A stretch of 14,189 nt of DNA from Promethearchaeati archaeon (GTDB lineage Archaea > Asgardarchaeota > Heimdallarchaeia > Heimdallarchaeales > Heimdallarchaeaceae): positions 1 to 14,189 of the forward strand of contig JABLTJ010000047.1 of assembly GCA_013166775.1 (NCBI GenBank), in the 5' to 3' direction. Below are positions 7,263 to 14,189 of the stretch, piece after piece (within the stretch, counting starts at the first letter, position 1; every line of letters begins with the position of its first letter). Both the position numbers and the translations under genes were made by a program. Below the pieces are notes generated by a model. That model was not told where the DNA came from. It made no database searches and worked only from the letters and a program-made list of their open reading frames with translations.

Positions 7263-8297
7263 ATGAGTAAAAAAAGTGAACAAGAACTACTAATAAAAGA
7301 GTATCTTGATGAAGTTACGAAAAAGCTTCCTATCTGGATAAAAACAGATGTAAAGGAATCGAAAGATTTCCGAATTGAATTGGAAGATCACATTTGGGAT
7401 AAGGCTACTGAACTAGCAGAAGGTAAAGAACCAGAAGCTTGGCATATAAGAGAAGCAATAGATATAATGGGTTCTCCTCGAAAAATTACTCGAGAGTATA
7501 GAAGGAGAGGAAAACCTAAGTTTTACATTACAGAGGAATTATGGCCCCTTTTCTATAAATCACTAATAGTAGTAGCTGCAATTGTTGTCTTTGTCAATCT
7601 AATTTCAATGGCTTTCAAGATTGGAAAAGCAACTGCAAGTCAAATAGCAGCAGAGTTATTCGGTGGAATCTTTGATGGGTTCTTAATTGGCTTCGTTGCA
7701 TTATCTTTGATATTTGTTCAACTATCAATGAACGGATTCCTACCTGAGGATTTGAAGAAAATAGCTGAACCAAGAAAGGATGTAGTATCAATGGAAATTA
7801 AGAAAATGAAAGAGATCAAACCTAAGAAAATCATACCATCACAGACTGAATTACTAATTAATGGTATCATGGGATTTGCGTTTGGTTTTACATTGATATT
7901 CTTTCCATTTGCGAATTTCACTGAATACTATGCTTTTGATATGGTTGGTGTAACACAATGGTTAAGATTATTAGGTGGAATAATTGTGTTCTCTGGTCTC
8001 ATTGCTTTCTCTCGTGGTTTGATTGGTAAGCATTTGAGATTTCAACAACTGTTCATAACACTATCATTAATTCCTTCAAGCTTAGCAATAGCTTTGTTCT
8101 TACAACTACTGTCTAATTCAACGATCCTAATAGATCCTTTGCTTAGTGTATTCCCTGGAGCAGATATTTTACTATACGTAAAAATCGGTGTTATATTCAT
8201 TGTCGTTATGACCATCTTTGGAATGTTAAATGAAATCTCACGCATTGTTAAGTTAGAGTTACATGGATTTCCTATGGTAGAAGAAACTGTAGCATGA
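7263..8297 (+). CDS. HAAS-domain (PadR-associated) polytopic membrane protein
   Basis: N-terminal 'EYLDEVTKKLP...ELEDHIWD...EAIDIMGSPRKITREY' matches the HAAS/permease-prefix pattern and is followed by about 6 TM helices. It lies directly after padR. ATG 7263 with GTGGT SD is preferred over GTG 7254. Confidence 0.8.
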   Translation: MSKKSEQELLIKEYLDEVTKKLPIWIKTDVKESKDFRIELEDHIWDKATELAEGKEPEAWHIREAIDIMGSPRKITREYRRRGKPKFYITEELWPLFYKSLIVVAAIVVFVNLISMAFKIGKATASQIAAELFGGIFDGFLIGFVALSLIFVQLSMNGFLPEDLKKIAEPRKDVVSMEIKKMKEIKPKKIIPSQTELLINGIMGFAFGFTLIFFPFANFTEYYAFDMVGVTQWLRLLGGIIVFSGLIAFSRGLIGKHLRFQQLFITLSLIPSSLAIALFLQLLSNSTILIDPLLSVFPGADILLYVKIGVIFIVVMTIFGMLNEISRIVKLELHGFPMVEETVA

Positions 8298-8299
8298 TA

Positions 8300-8327
8300 T
8301 TCTTCTCTTTATTTTTTTTTTTATTTT
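8300..8327 (+). terminator. Archaeal-type oligo-T terminator of the padR operon
   Basis: Pyrimidine tract with T11 (8312-8322) immediately after the stop at 8297. Confidence 0.6.
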
Positions 8328-8410
8328 AACATAATGAAATTGTTTGAAAATTATTTGTCTCTAGTAAATATATATATACAACCGGAGGTTAGTTTAGCTC
8401 ACACGCGAGT

Positions 8411-8488
8411 ATAATAGGATACTTTTAGTTTAGGACTTTAGTAAAATTAGATACTTTTGTGGAACGTTTCAAGCATAAATGGATACTT
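8411..8488 (+). repeat. Three degenerate 14-bp direct repeats with an exact 32-bp period
   Basis: ATAATAGGATACTT (8411), AAAATTAGATACTT (8443), ATAAATGGATACTT (8475). The core GATACTT lies at 8418, 8450 and 8482. Confidence 0.6.
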
Positions 8489-8510
8489 GAAGATTAATGT
8501 GGTTATACCA

Positions 8511-10115
8511 ATGCAAGAAGAATATTATGATGTGATAATAATAGGTTCAGGAATGGGTGGATTAGGTTCAGGACTTTATCTCCAGAAACAAAATCCAGAT
8601 TTGAAGACCTTAATTCTTGAACAACATTCTATTCCTGGAGGAAGTGTTAATGGTTTTAAGCGAAAAGGTTACTATTTTGATAGTGGAGCAGAAGGATTAG
8701 TTTATTGTGGAGAGGGACAGATATTTCGAGAGAGACTTGAAGAGTTAGGAGTATTTCATGACTATATCTCAATCGATCCTGTTGAAGTGATGAAATATGA
8801 AGATAGAACAGTAGTTATGCATAATAAATTAGAGAAATTCATAGAAGAATTAATAAAAAATTATCCTGAAGATGAAAAAGAAATACGAGAGTACTTCAGA
8901 ATAATAAAAAAAATGAGTGATGAGTATTTCTCGTTATCTCTCAAAAATTTCAGTCCATCTTTTCGAACTCTACTTAAGATTGTTCTTACACGTCCAACGT
9001 TGAGAAAATATGGATTAAAAACCTTTCAACAATTCTTAGATAAATCAATTACAAATCCTGATTTGAGAAAAATATTAGTAGTATATTGCCTATGGTTAGG
9101 TGTTTTACCTGATAAAATCAGTGCACCTTCGGCAGCGATTGTTTTTAATTCTCCTTTTATTGACGGCAACTTCTATCCAAAAGGAGGAATGTTAGCGTTT
9201 GCAAAAAACATGGCAAAAGTATTCAAATCAAATGGAGGAGTAATAAAATACAAATCTAGAGTAGAGAAGATTCTTATTCATAAGAAAAAAGCTGTAGGTG
9301 TGCGCTTAGACGATGGCACTATTTTTTATGGTAAATGGATTATCTCTAACGCAGACCTTAGAAAAACTGTTTTTGATTTTGTAGGAAAAGATTTTTTCAA
9401 AAAATCTTATCAGAAATTCATCTCAATGATAAAGCAATCAGTAACAGGATTTGCTGTCTTTTTAGGATTAGATATTCAGCTTGATGATCATCATTCTCAT
9501 ATAGCTTACAACGTTGATGCAGAGAAATTTCTAGTTAGATTGAGAGAAGAAAATTTTAATCCTGAAGAGGTTTTAATTAGAATACCTCAGAATATAGATC
9601 CTTCTCTTAGAAATGATAAAGGCTCATCAGTAATACTACTTTCAATGGCTCCTTACAATTATAAGGAAAAATGGGGTAATGACAAAGAAGGAAAACGAAA
9701 TAGTCAATATCATGAAATAAAGGAGGCTTTTGCTGATAAATTGATAAAATTGGCTGAAAAAGTCATACCTAACCTAACTCAACGAATTAAAGTAAAAGAA
9801 ATAGCTACTCCATTAACTTATGAGCGTTACATTCAAACCACTGAAGGTTCATGGTATGGACCACAAACTGATCAGAAATTACCTAGCTTCAAATCACCAT
9901 TAAAGCGTCTTTTCTTTGCAGGGGGCAATGTTGATGGAGCTGGAGTTCCTCCTAGTTTCTTTTCAGGAATTAAAACTGCTAAATATATTACAAGAAAGAT
10001 TAAAAAGAAAAGATATATGAAGGCATTTTATTATTCAGTTATTGATGGGCAAAGAGTTGCTATAACTGCACCTTTTCCTGAAGATAAAGCCATAACAGGT
10101 GTCATTTCCCAATAG
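8511..10115 (+). CDS. FAD-dependent oxidoreductase, phytoene desaturase (CrtI)/retinol saturase-like family
   Basis: YDVIIIGSGMGGL Rossmann motif, LEQHSIPGG, GYYFDSG, YPKGG, IISNAD, ATPLTYERY, LFFAG...GAGV. ATG 8511 with GTGGT SD is preferred over GTG 8457. Confidence 0.9.
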   Translation: MQEEYYDVIIIGSGMGGLGSGLYLQKQNPDLKTLILEQHSIPGGSVNGFKRKGYYFDSGAEGLVYCGEGQIFRERLEELGVFHDYISIDPVEVMKYEDRTVVMHNKLEKFIEELIKNYPEDEKEIREYFRIIKKMSDEYFSLSLKNFSPSFRTLLKIVLTRPTLRKYGLKTFQQFLDKSITNPDLRKILVVYCLWLGVLPDKISAPSAAIVFNSPFIDGNFYPKGGMLAFAKNMAKVFKSNGGVIKYKSRVEKILIHKKKAVGVRLDDGTIFYGKWIISNADLRKTVFDFVGKDFFKKSYQKFISMIKQSVTGFAVFLGLDIQLDDHHSHIAYNVDAEKFLVRLREENFNPEEVLIRIPQNIDPSLRNDKGSSVILLSMAPYNYKEKWGNDKEGKRNSQYHEIKEAFADKLIKLAEKVIPNLTQRIKVKEIATPLTYERYIQTTEGSWYGPQTDQKLPSFKSPLKRLFFAGGNVDGAGVPPSFFSGIKTAKYITRKIKKKRYMKAFYYSVIDGQRVAITAPFPEDKAITGVISQ

Positions 10116-10897
10116 TGTACTTCATCTATCTTTCTTACTTTTTTAATCTCTTCAGCATACCTATTCATTAGTTCAGGATTCAGAGCATCAGCCATAAACA
10201 AATCATAAGTTATATCAGGATCAGTTTTTTCCTTAATCTCCTTCACCATTGATTCAAATGCACTCTTAAATGATGTGCCTGTTCCAATTCCAATGAATCC
10301 ATCCTTAATATTGAACTCGATAATAGGTTTCATTTTGAGTAAAGATGCAATGATTCCTTTTGCTGAACCTCTTTTCACTCTACCTGTTTTGAACACTGCT
10401 GTCATGTTTATTGCAAGTCCCAATGTATAGATTTTCTCTTTTACTGTGTCTAGAATAGAAATTATTTCTTCGGAAGATTTACCACCTTTGAGCAAGTGTA
10501 AAGCATAATTAACTAAAGCACCTTGAGAACCACAAGCTAGCTCTGTAGGATAGATTGTAATCTTAATCTTATCTTTGAATCTTTTAGCAGCTAATCTAGC
10601 AACATTCATTTGGCTGGATAAACTAGATGTGACACCAAGATAGAGAATTTCATCATAACCTTCTTCTATCGCTTTTTCGTAGATATCCATTGCATCTTGT
10701 GCACCTGCTTGACTTGTTGTAGGATAAGGATCTTTAGTTGGTAGACTATTGATAAAATCCTCTCTATTTAATTCTGTAAGTTCACGATATTCTTTGTCAT
10801 CTATTAATAATAGAGATTCAAGAACACCAATATTCTCTTTTTTCATAATTTCATGAGGTAAAAGACAGGATGCATCTGTCATTAATTTTGTTTTCAT
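10031..10897 (-). CDS. degV: DegV-family fatty-acid-binding protein (FakB-like)
   Basis: TDASCLLP, PTTSQ, TSSLSS, GRV and LLKMKPII motifs. The 288-aa length is typical of DegV. Confidence 0.92.
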   Translation of the reverse strand: MKTKLMTDASCLLPHEIMKKENIGVLESLLLIDDKEYRELTELNREDFINSLPTKDPYPTTSQAGAQDAMDIYEKAIEEGYDEILYLGVTSSLSSQMNVARLAAKRFKDKIKITIYPTELACGSQGALVNYALHLLKGGKSSEEIISILDTVKEKIYTLGLAINMTAVFKTGRVKRGSAKGIIASLLKMKPIIEFNIKDGFIGIGTGTSFKSAFESMVKEIKEKTDPDITYDLFMADALNPELMNRYAEEIKKVRKIDEVHYWEMTPVMALSSGKGAVIATLCPSITE

Positions 10898-10984
10898 TAC
10901 TTGTCAAATAAGAGACCAATATAAAAAACATTGGTAAAAACATCCTGAGAGTGTATTTTTCTGGAACTAACAAAAACAGTCACT

Positions 10985-11002
10985 CATCAATGATAATTGA
11001 TG
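10985..11002. promoter_or_regulatory. Inverted repeat between the divergent degV and hydrolase genes (candidate operator)
   Basis: CATCAAT-GATA-ATTGATG, located near the middle of the 194-bp divergent intergenic region. Confidence 0.4.
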
Positions 11003-11091
11003 TATTGAGAGAACAAATTAAAGGTCAAATTTAAGCATATCTTGTTTGAGAAATAGTAACCGTTATTAATTCTCTATCATATCTCCGAATT

Positions 11092-11955
11092 ATGAATTTA
11101 GATGCTAACGATCCAATAAAGAAATTCATGACATCCAAATATGAAAAGTTAGCTCAAGAAAGGTATTTCACTGTTTCAGATGGTTCAGAATTACGAGTTT
11201 TACTCTCGAATGCTCAAATTACAACTAGTTCAGGTTTTACATTACTTCTAATCCCTGGATGGAATACAGTTGTTCCAAGCTGGGAAGAAGTTTTACTGGA
11301 AGCTATGAAAGATTTTGATATAATATATATAGAAACTCGAGAAAAAGGATCTAGTAAATTAAATAAGAAAACAAAGAACAATCCGGACAGATTTTCTTCA
11401 GATGTTAAAGAGATATTAGAAGAGCTAGGGATAGAACAAAATAAACTTGTTATTTTTGCCTCTTCTTTTGGTGTTTTTTTTGTTGCTGATGGATTAGCAT
11501 CAGAAAAATATAATCCATTTCTTACATTCTTCCTAGGTCCATCTTTGAAATTCAATATGCCTCCAACAACCAAATATATTATGCATGTTCTTCCAAATGT
11601 AACTCTAGAATTGACTAAACCTATCTGGAGGTGGTGGATAAGAACACGTAAGAGTGAAAATCCAGAACAAGCTGCAAAATATATTAGAGCACTGGAAGAG
11701 GCAGATGCTTCAAAGTGGAGATCTGTTTCAAAAAGATTCAATTTCGTTCACTTTGGTGAAACTTACAAAGAAATCAAAAGCAAGGTTATCGTCATAGGGA
11801 TGGAGAAAGATAAAATGCATAAAGCAGAAGAGGCTAGATCGATTTCTCAATATATAACAAATTCTGCATATATTGATATGGGAACAAACAAGCTGACACA
11901 TTCAATTGAGATGGTAGAAAAGATTAGAACACTCATCAAAAAAAAGGAAAAATAA
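11092..11955 (+). CDS. Alpha/beta-fold hydrolase (esterase/lipase-like)
   Basis: DGSELR, LLLIPGW, ETREKGSS, nucleophile elbow ASSFG (AxSxG), and candidate Asp (EKDKMH) and His (LTHS). TTATTAAT lies at 11063-11070, suggesting a leaderless start. Confidence 0.85.
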   Translation: MNLDANDPIKKFMTSKYEKLAQERYFTVSDGSELRVLLSNAQITTSSGFTLLLIPGWNTVVPSWEEVLLEAMKDFDIIYIETREKGSSKLNKKTKNNPDRFSSDVKEILEELGIEQNKLVIFASSFGVFFVADGLASEKYNPFLTFFLGPSLKFNMPPTTKYIMHVLPNVTLELTKPIWRWWIRTRKSENPEQAAKYIRALEEADASKWRSVSKRFNFVHFGETYKEIKSKVIVIGMEKDKMHKAEEARSISQYITNSAYIDMGTNKLTHSIEMVEKIRTLIKKKEK

Positions 11956-11990
11956 GAAGAAACAAAAATAAGGATCGAAATAAGTAACGT

Positions 11991-12455
11991 TTATCCAGAT
12001 GGTAGCTTTTCACCATCCAGGTCTTGCATTTTCTCCCAAGCTTCAATATCTCCTTCTAAAACTTCAAAAATAGGATGGGGTTCAATATTTTCTATGAGTA
12101 CAATCTGTTCATAGGTTTCGATATCTCTTCGCTTTAATTTCTTTTTCAAATGATCAAATTCATAATTCAGTTGTCCTTTTGTAATAGGAATGGAAGATTT
12201 ACAATCATAGAATTTGATTATTTTTTTCTTATTAAAATTATACCCACGTTGTTTGGCTTCTCGATAAACATGAAGCAGATAACAGCCAATAACATTCAAT
12301 TTATTATCTGAATTTCTAAATCTTTCTAGCTGTGGATGAAGAGTATAACCTTTTGTTTTTCCTTCAAGTACTTTCTGAGCAAGGAGAGCTTCTCGCCACA
12401 ATGCAACTAATCCTTTTGAATCGAGATACTTTGGATGTATGGACCATAAACGCAA
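11991..12455 (-). CDS. Pyrimidine-dimer DNA glycosylase/AP lyase (T4 endonuclease V / Micrococcus Pdg family)
   Basis: MRLWSIHPKYLDSKGLVALWREALLAQKVL...GY..HPQL.RF...EAKQRGYNF...YEFDHL..KL. TTG start with GGTGA SD. Confidence 0.92.
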   Translation of the reverse strand: MRLWSIHPKYLDSKGLVALWREALLAQKVLEGKTKGYTLHPQLERFRNSDNKLNVIGCYLLHVYREAKQRGYNFNKKKIIKFYDCKSSIPITKGQLNYEFDHLKKKLKRRDIETYEQIVLIENIEPHPIFEVLEGDIEAWEKMQDLDGEKLPSG

Positions 12456-12493
12456 GTAATCACCTTTTGGTTTTAATCAAAATAGTTAGCTCT

Positions 12494-13273
12494 TCAATAA
12501 AGTTGTTTGGTTTTTTCACCATTCTTGAAAACAACGATTTTACCTGGCTCAAATTCCTTCCAGTGAACATACTTCATAATTGGCATAGAAGCAATTAAAG
12601 TAATAGGAGCTGTTTTATCAATTAATTTAATTTTAAATCTCAACTGATCATCACCACCTTCTAAATCTGATTTAAATGGTGGTTGCAATGTATGGTAATA
12701 GAGTGATTTGTATCCTGAATAAAATGTATATGTAGTTTCACCATCAGATAAAATGAAATTTAATCCTCCCTGCTTTGAGAGCTCTAAAGCTGTTTTTTCT
12801 ACAGTTTGAGCAATCATTTTATTGCTATCTTGTCTCCCTAAAAGTCTTAATTCATCCATTATAGAACAAAAAGCTGATTCTGAATCTGTATCTCCTGAAG
12901 GTTTAAAGTACTCTTGACTCTCTATTATGTTTCTATACGTTCTTAGATGACCATGATGAGCAAAAACCCATGTTTTATCGAAAAGCTCTCTATCAAAAGG
13001 GTGAGTATTTTCATATGAGATACCCCCTTGAGAAGCGAATCTTATATGTGAAATGAAAGTCTTGCCTGTAATTTCATGTGGAGTAAGAGTTCTGGTGTCA
13101 ATTCTCAAGATTTTTTCCATATCAAGGGATTGCTTAAATAATTGCCATTTACCTTCCCTAAAAAAAGCATATCCCCACCCATCCGGAGATATTTCAGTGA
13201 AACTAGAAGGTACTCTAAGGGAAAATTTAATTTCTAAATCTTCTCCAGCATTTATTCCCACGAGTTGTGCCAT
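12494..13273 (-). CDS. Class II glutamine amidotransferase homologue (YafJ/EgtC/Dug3-like), probably catalytically inactive
   Basis: DGWG, SHIRFAS, ENTHPF, GDTDSE and LNFILSDG are retained, but the N-terminus is MAQLVG rather than MCxLxG, and FAHHG replaces FAHNG. Confidence 0.88.
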   Translation of the reverse strand: MAQLVGINAGEDLEIKFSLRVPSSFTEISPDGWGYAFFREGKWQLFKQSLDMEKILRIDTRTLTPHEITGKTFISHIRFASQGGISYENTHPFDRELFDKTWVFAHHGHLRTYRNIIESQEYFKPSGDTDSESAFCSIMDELRLLGRQDSNKMIAQTVEKTALELSKQGGLNFILSDGETTYTFYSGYKSLYYHTLQPPFKSDLEGGDDQLRFKIKLIDKTAPITLIASMPIMKYVHWKEFEPGKIVVFKNGEKTKQLY

Positions 13274-13344
13274 AAGCTCACACTATGTAAATATGGATAC
13301 TGATGCTTAAAAATAATACTATTGTCAAATACAGAAAATATTTT

Positions 13345-13683
13345 TTATTTTTTCTCCTTTGATGGAAAAAGAGTTTCTTTTTTTGGCCAAATGGTAGTTA
13401 TCTGACATACACCAAAAATGTGAGAACAAATCCCACGATGTTTATAAAAAGGACAGGAGCATTCATACAAGCCTTCACTGTATCTTACCCAATACTTACC
13501 ATACTTTGTTGAGGAAACCATATGTTTGAAAAAATCCCACTCATCAGATTCATTCTTTGTCCCTTCCATGAATTGAATCCTTTTCGAATTCCTCACATAT
13601 TTGTGGCTGATTTTAAATTTACTTCGAACCAATCTATCCTTTTGAATCCATTCAATAATCCAATCTGGGATTTCCTTTGCCAT
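13345..13683 (-). CDS. Small SWIM zinc-finger protein
   Basis: YWV...YECSCPFYKHRGICSHIFGV (CxC-x8-CxH). ATG 13683 is preferred; TTG 13701 is possible. Confidence 0.85.
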   Translation of the reverse strand: MAKEIPDWIIEWIQKDRLVRSKFKISHKYVRNSKRIQFMEGTKNESDEWDFFKHMVSSTKYGKYWVRYSEGLYECSCPFYKHRGICSHIFGVCQITTIWPKKETLFPSKEKK

Positions 13684-13810
13684 ATCAAAAACAAAAATCA
13701 ACCATTCTTTAAAGATTTGCTAATGTTATATTTGCATTAAATACATATTTAAAAACAAGCTGAGTTCGATGGGAGCTATAATTCAATAAAATAAGTAAAT
13801 AGGTGTAGTA

Positions 13811-14189
13811 ATGGAACTTATTAAATTTCCAAGCAAAGAATGGATTCATGAATTTAAGAATGTGGTAAACAACTCTGTTGACTATAAAGAAGCAGCTAAA
13901 TGGTGGGAAGGTGATTTCTTGTTTGTGATCGAACCTGATGATAAATTGGATAAGAAAATAGTCATGTACTTGGATCTCTGGCATGGGGATTGTAGAAGTG
14001 TTGACTACTTCGAAGAAGGAGATTCTTTACCTGAAACTGAATTTCAATATGCAGGAACTTACTCCAATTGGTTGAAAGTCATAGAAGGAGCACTTGATCC
14101 GATTAAAGGAATCCTAACTAGAAAATTCAAGTTAGTTGGAGATAAAGGAAAGGTAATGAGAGCTACTAAAGCAGCTAAAGAATTAGTTA
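13811..14189 (+). CDS. SCP2 (sterol carrier protein 2)-domain lipid-binding protein, 3'-truncated by the window
   Basis: Absent from the ORF track. Hand translation from ATG 13811 (AGGTG SD at 13801): MELIKFPSKEWIHEFKNVVNNSVDYKEAAKWWEGDFLFVIEP...LDLWHGDCR...GTYSNWLKVIEGALDPIKGILTRKFKLVGDKGKVMRATKAAKELV. It shows the SCP2 hallmarks FPS.EW and W..V..G.LDP......K.KL.GD. Confidence 0.9.
   Translation, partial: MELIKFPSKEWIHEFKNVVNNSVDYKEAAKWWEGDFLFVIEPDDKLDKKIVMYLDLWHGDCRSVDYFEEGDSLPETEFQYAGTYSNWLKVIEGALDPIKGILTRKFKLVGDKGKVMRATKAAKELV

Noticed and set aside
8380-8410. Tiny hairpins AACC-GGA-GGTT and GCTC-ACACGC-GAGT as tRNA or ncRNA
   Set aside because: The stems are only 4 bp, and there is no cloverleaf, T-loop or box C/D motif.
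8411-8506. 32-bp periodic repeats as a mini CRISPR array
   Set aside because: The repeat (about 14 bp, degenerate) and spacer (18 bp) are far too short, and there are no cas genes in the window.
8457-8510. GTG-initiated N-terminal extension of the oxidoreductase
   Set aside because: The Rossmann motif begins right after ATG 8511, which has a GTGGT SD. The extension runs through the repeat region.
8511-10115. Carotenoid biosynthesis cluster / crtI assignment
   Set aside because: No crtB, crtE or crtY genes are nearby, and the family includes many non-carotenoid enzymes.
10989-10997. AATGATAAT as a Fur box
   Set aside because: The flanks do not fit the 19-bp Fur consensus. It is better explained by the local palindrome.
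11214-11741. 175-aa antisense ORF
   Set aside because: It lies wholly opposite the alpha/beta hydrolase, with Ser/Phe/Leu-rich shadow composition and no motif.
395-13740. Short track ORFs 395-580, 1815-2039, 3370-3567, 3478-3681, 5787-5993, 7718-7921, 8042-8245, 12332-12598, 13053-13310, 13522-13740
   Set aside because: All are nested in or overlap well-supported genes in another frame or strand, and show no recognisable motifs.
13709-13984. 91-aa minus-strand ORF in the track
   Set aside because: It is a shadow of the real plus-strand SCP2 gene starting at 13811.

Overview
AT-rich, gene-dense prokaryotic window of 18 CDSs, two of them truncated by the window edges. I saw no rRNA, tRNA, CRISPR array or mobile element. 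Archaeal origin is indicated by GGTGA/GTGGT Shine-Dalgarno sites, TATA boxes 20-30 nt ahead of apparently leaderless starts, oligo-T terminators, a Sulfolobus-type single-OB SSB and a sequon-rich surface protein. The mix with bacterial-type genes (DegV, M23, PadR/HAAS) suggests an Asgard/Heimdallarchaeia-like genome (inference only). Gene order: tandem GNAT, SSB, PtpB-like phosphatase, MBL hydrolase with TPR, ferritin-like, DoxX, M23 peptidase, membrane protein plus surface glycoprotein, PadR-zinc ribbon plus HAAS membrane protein, CrtI-like oxidoreductase, DegV, alpha/beta hydrolase, pyrimidine-dimer glycosylase, class II GATase homologue, SWIM finger, SCP2. The most notable items are: a class II GATase homologue that lacks both its Cys1 nucleophile and its oxyanion Asn; a membrane-anchored M23 peptidase in an apparent archaeon; three GATACTT boxes spaced exactly 32 bp apart upstream of the CrtI-like gene; a PadR/HAAS pair with a candidate operator; and a loose cluster of lipid-handling genes.
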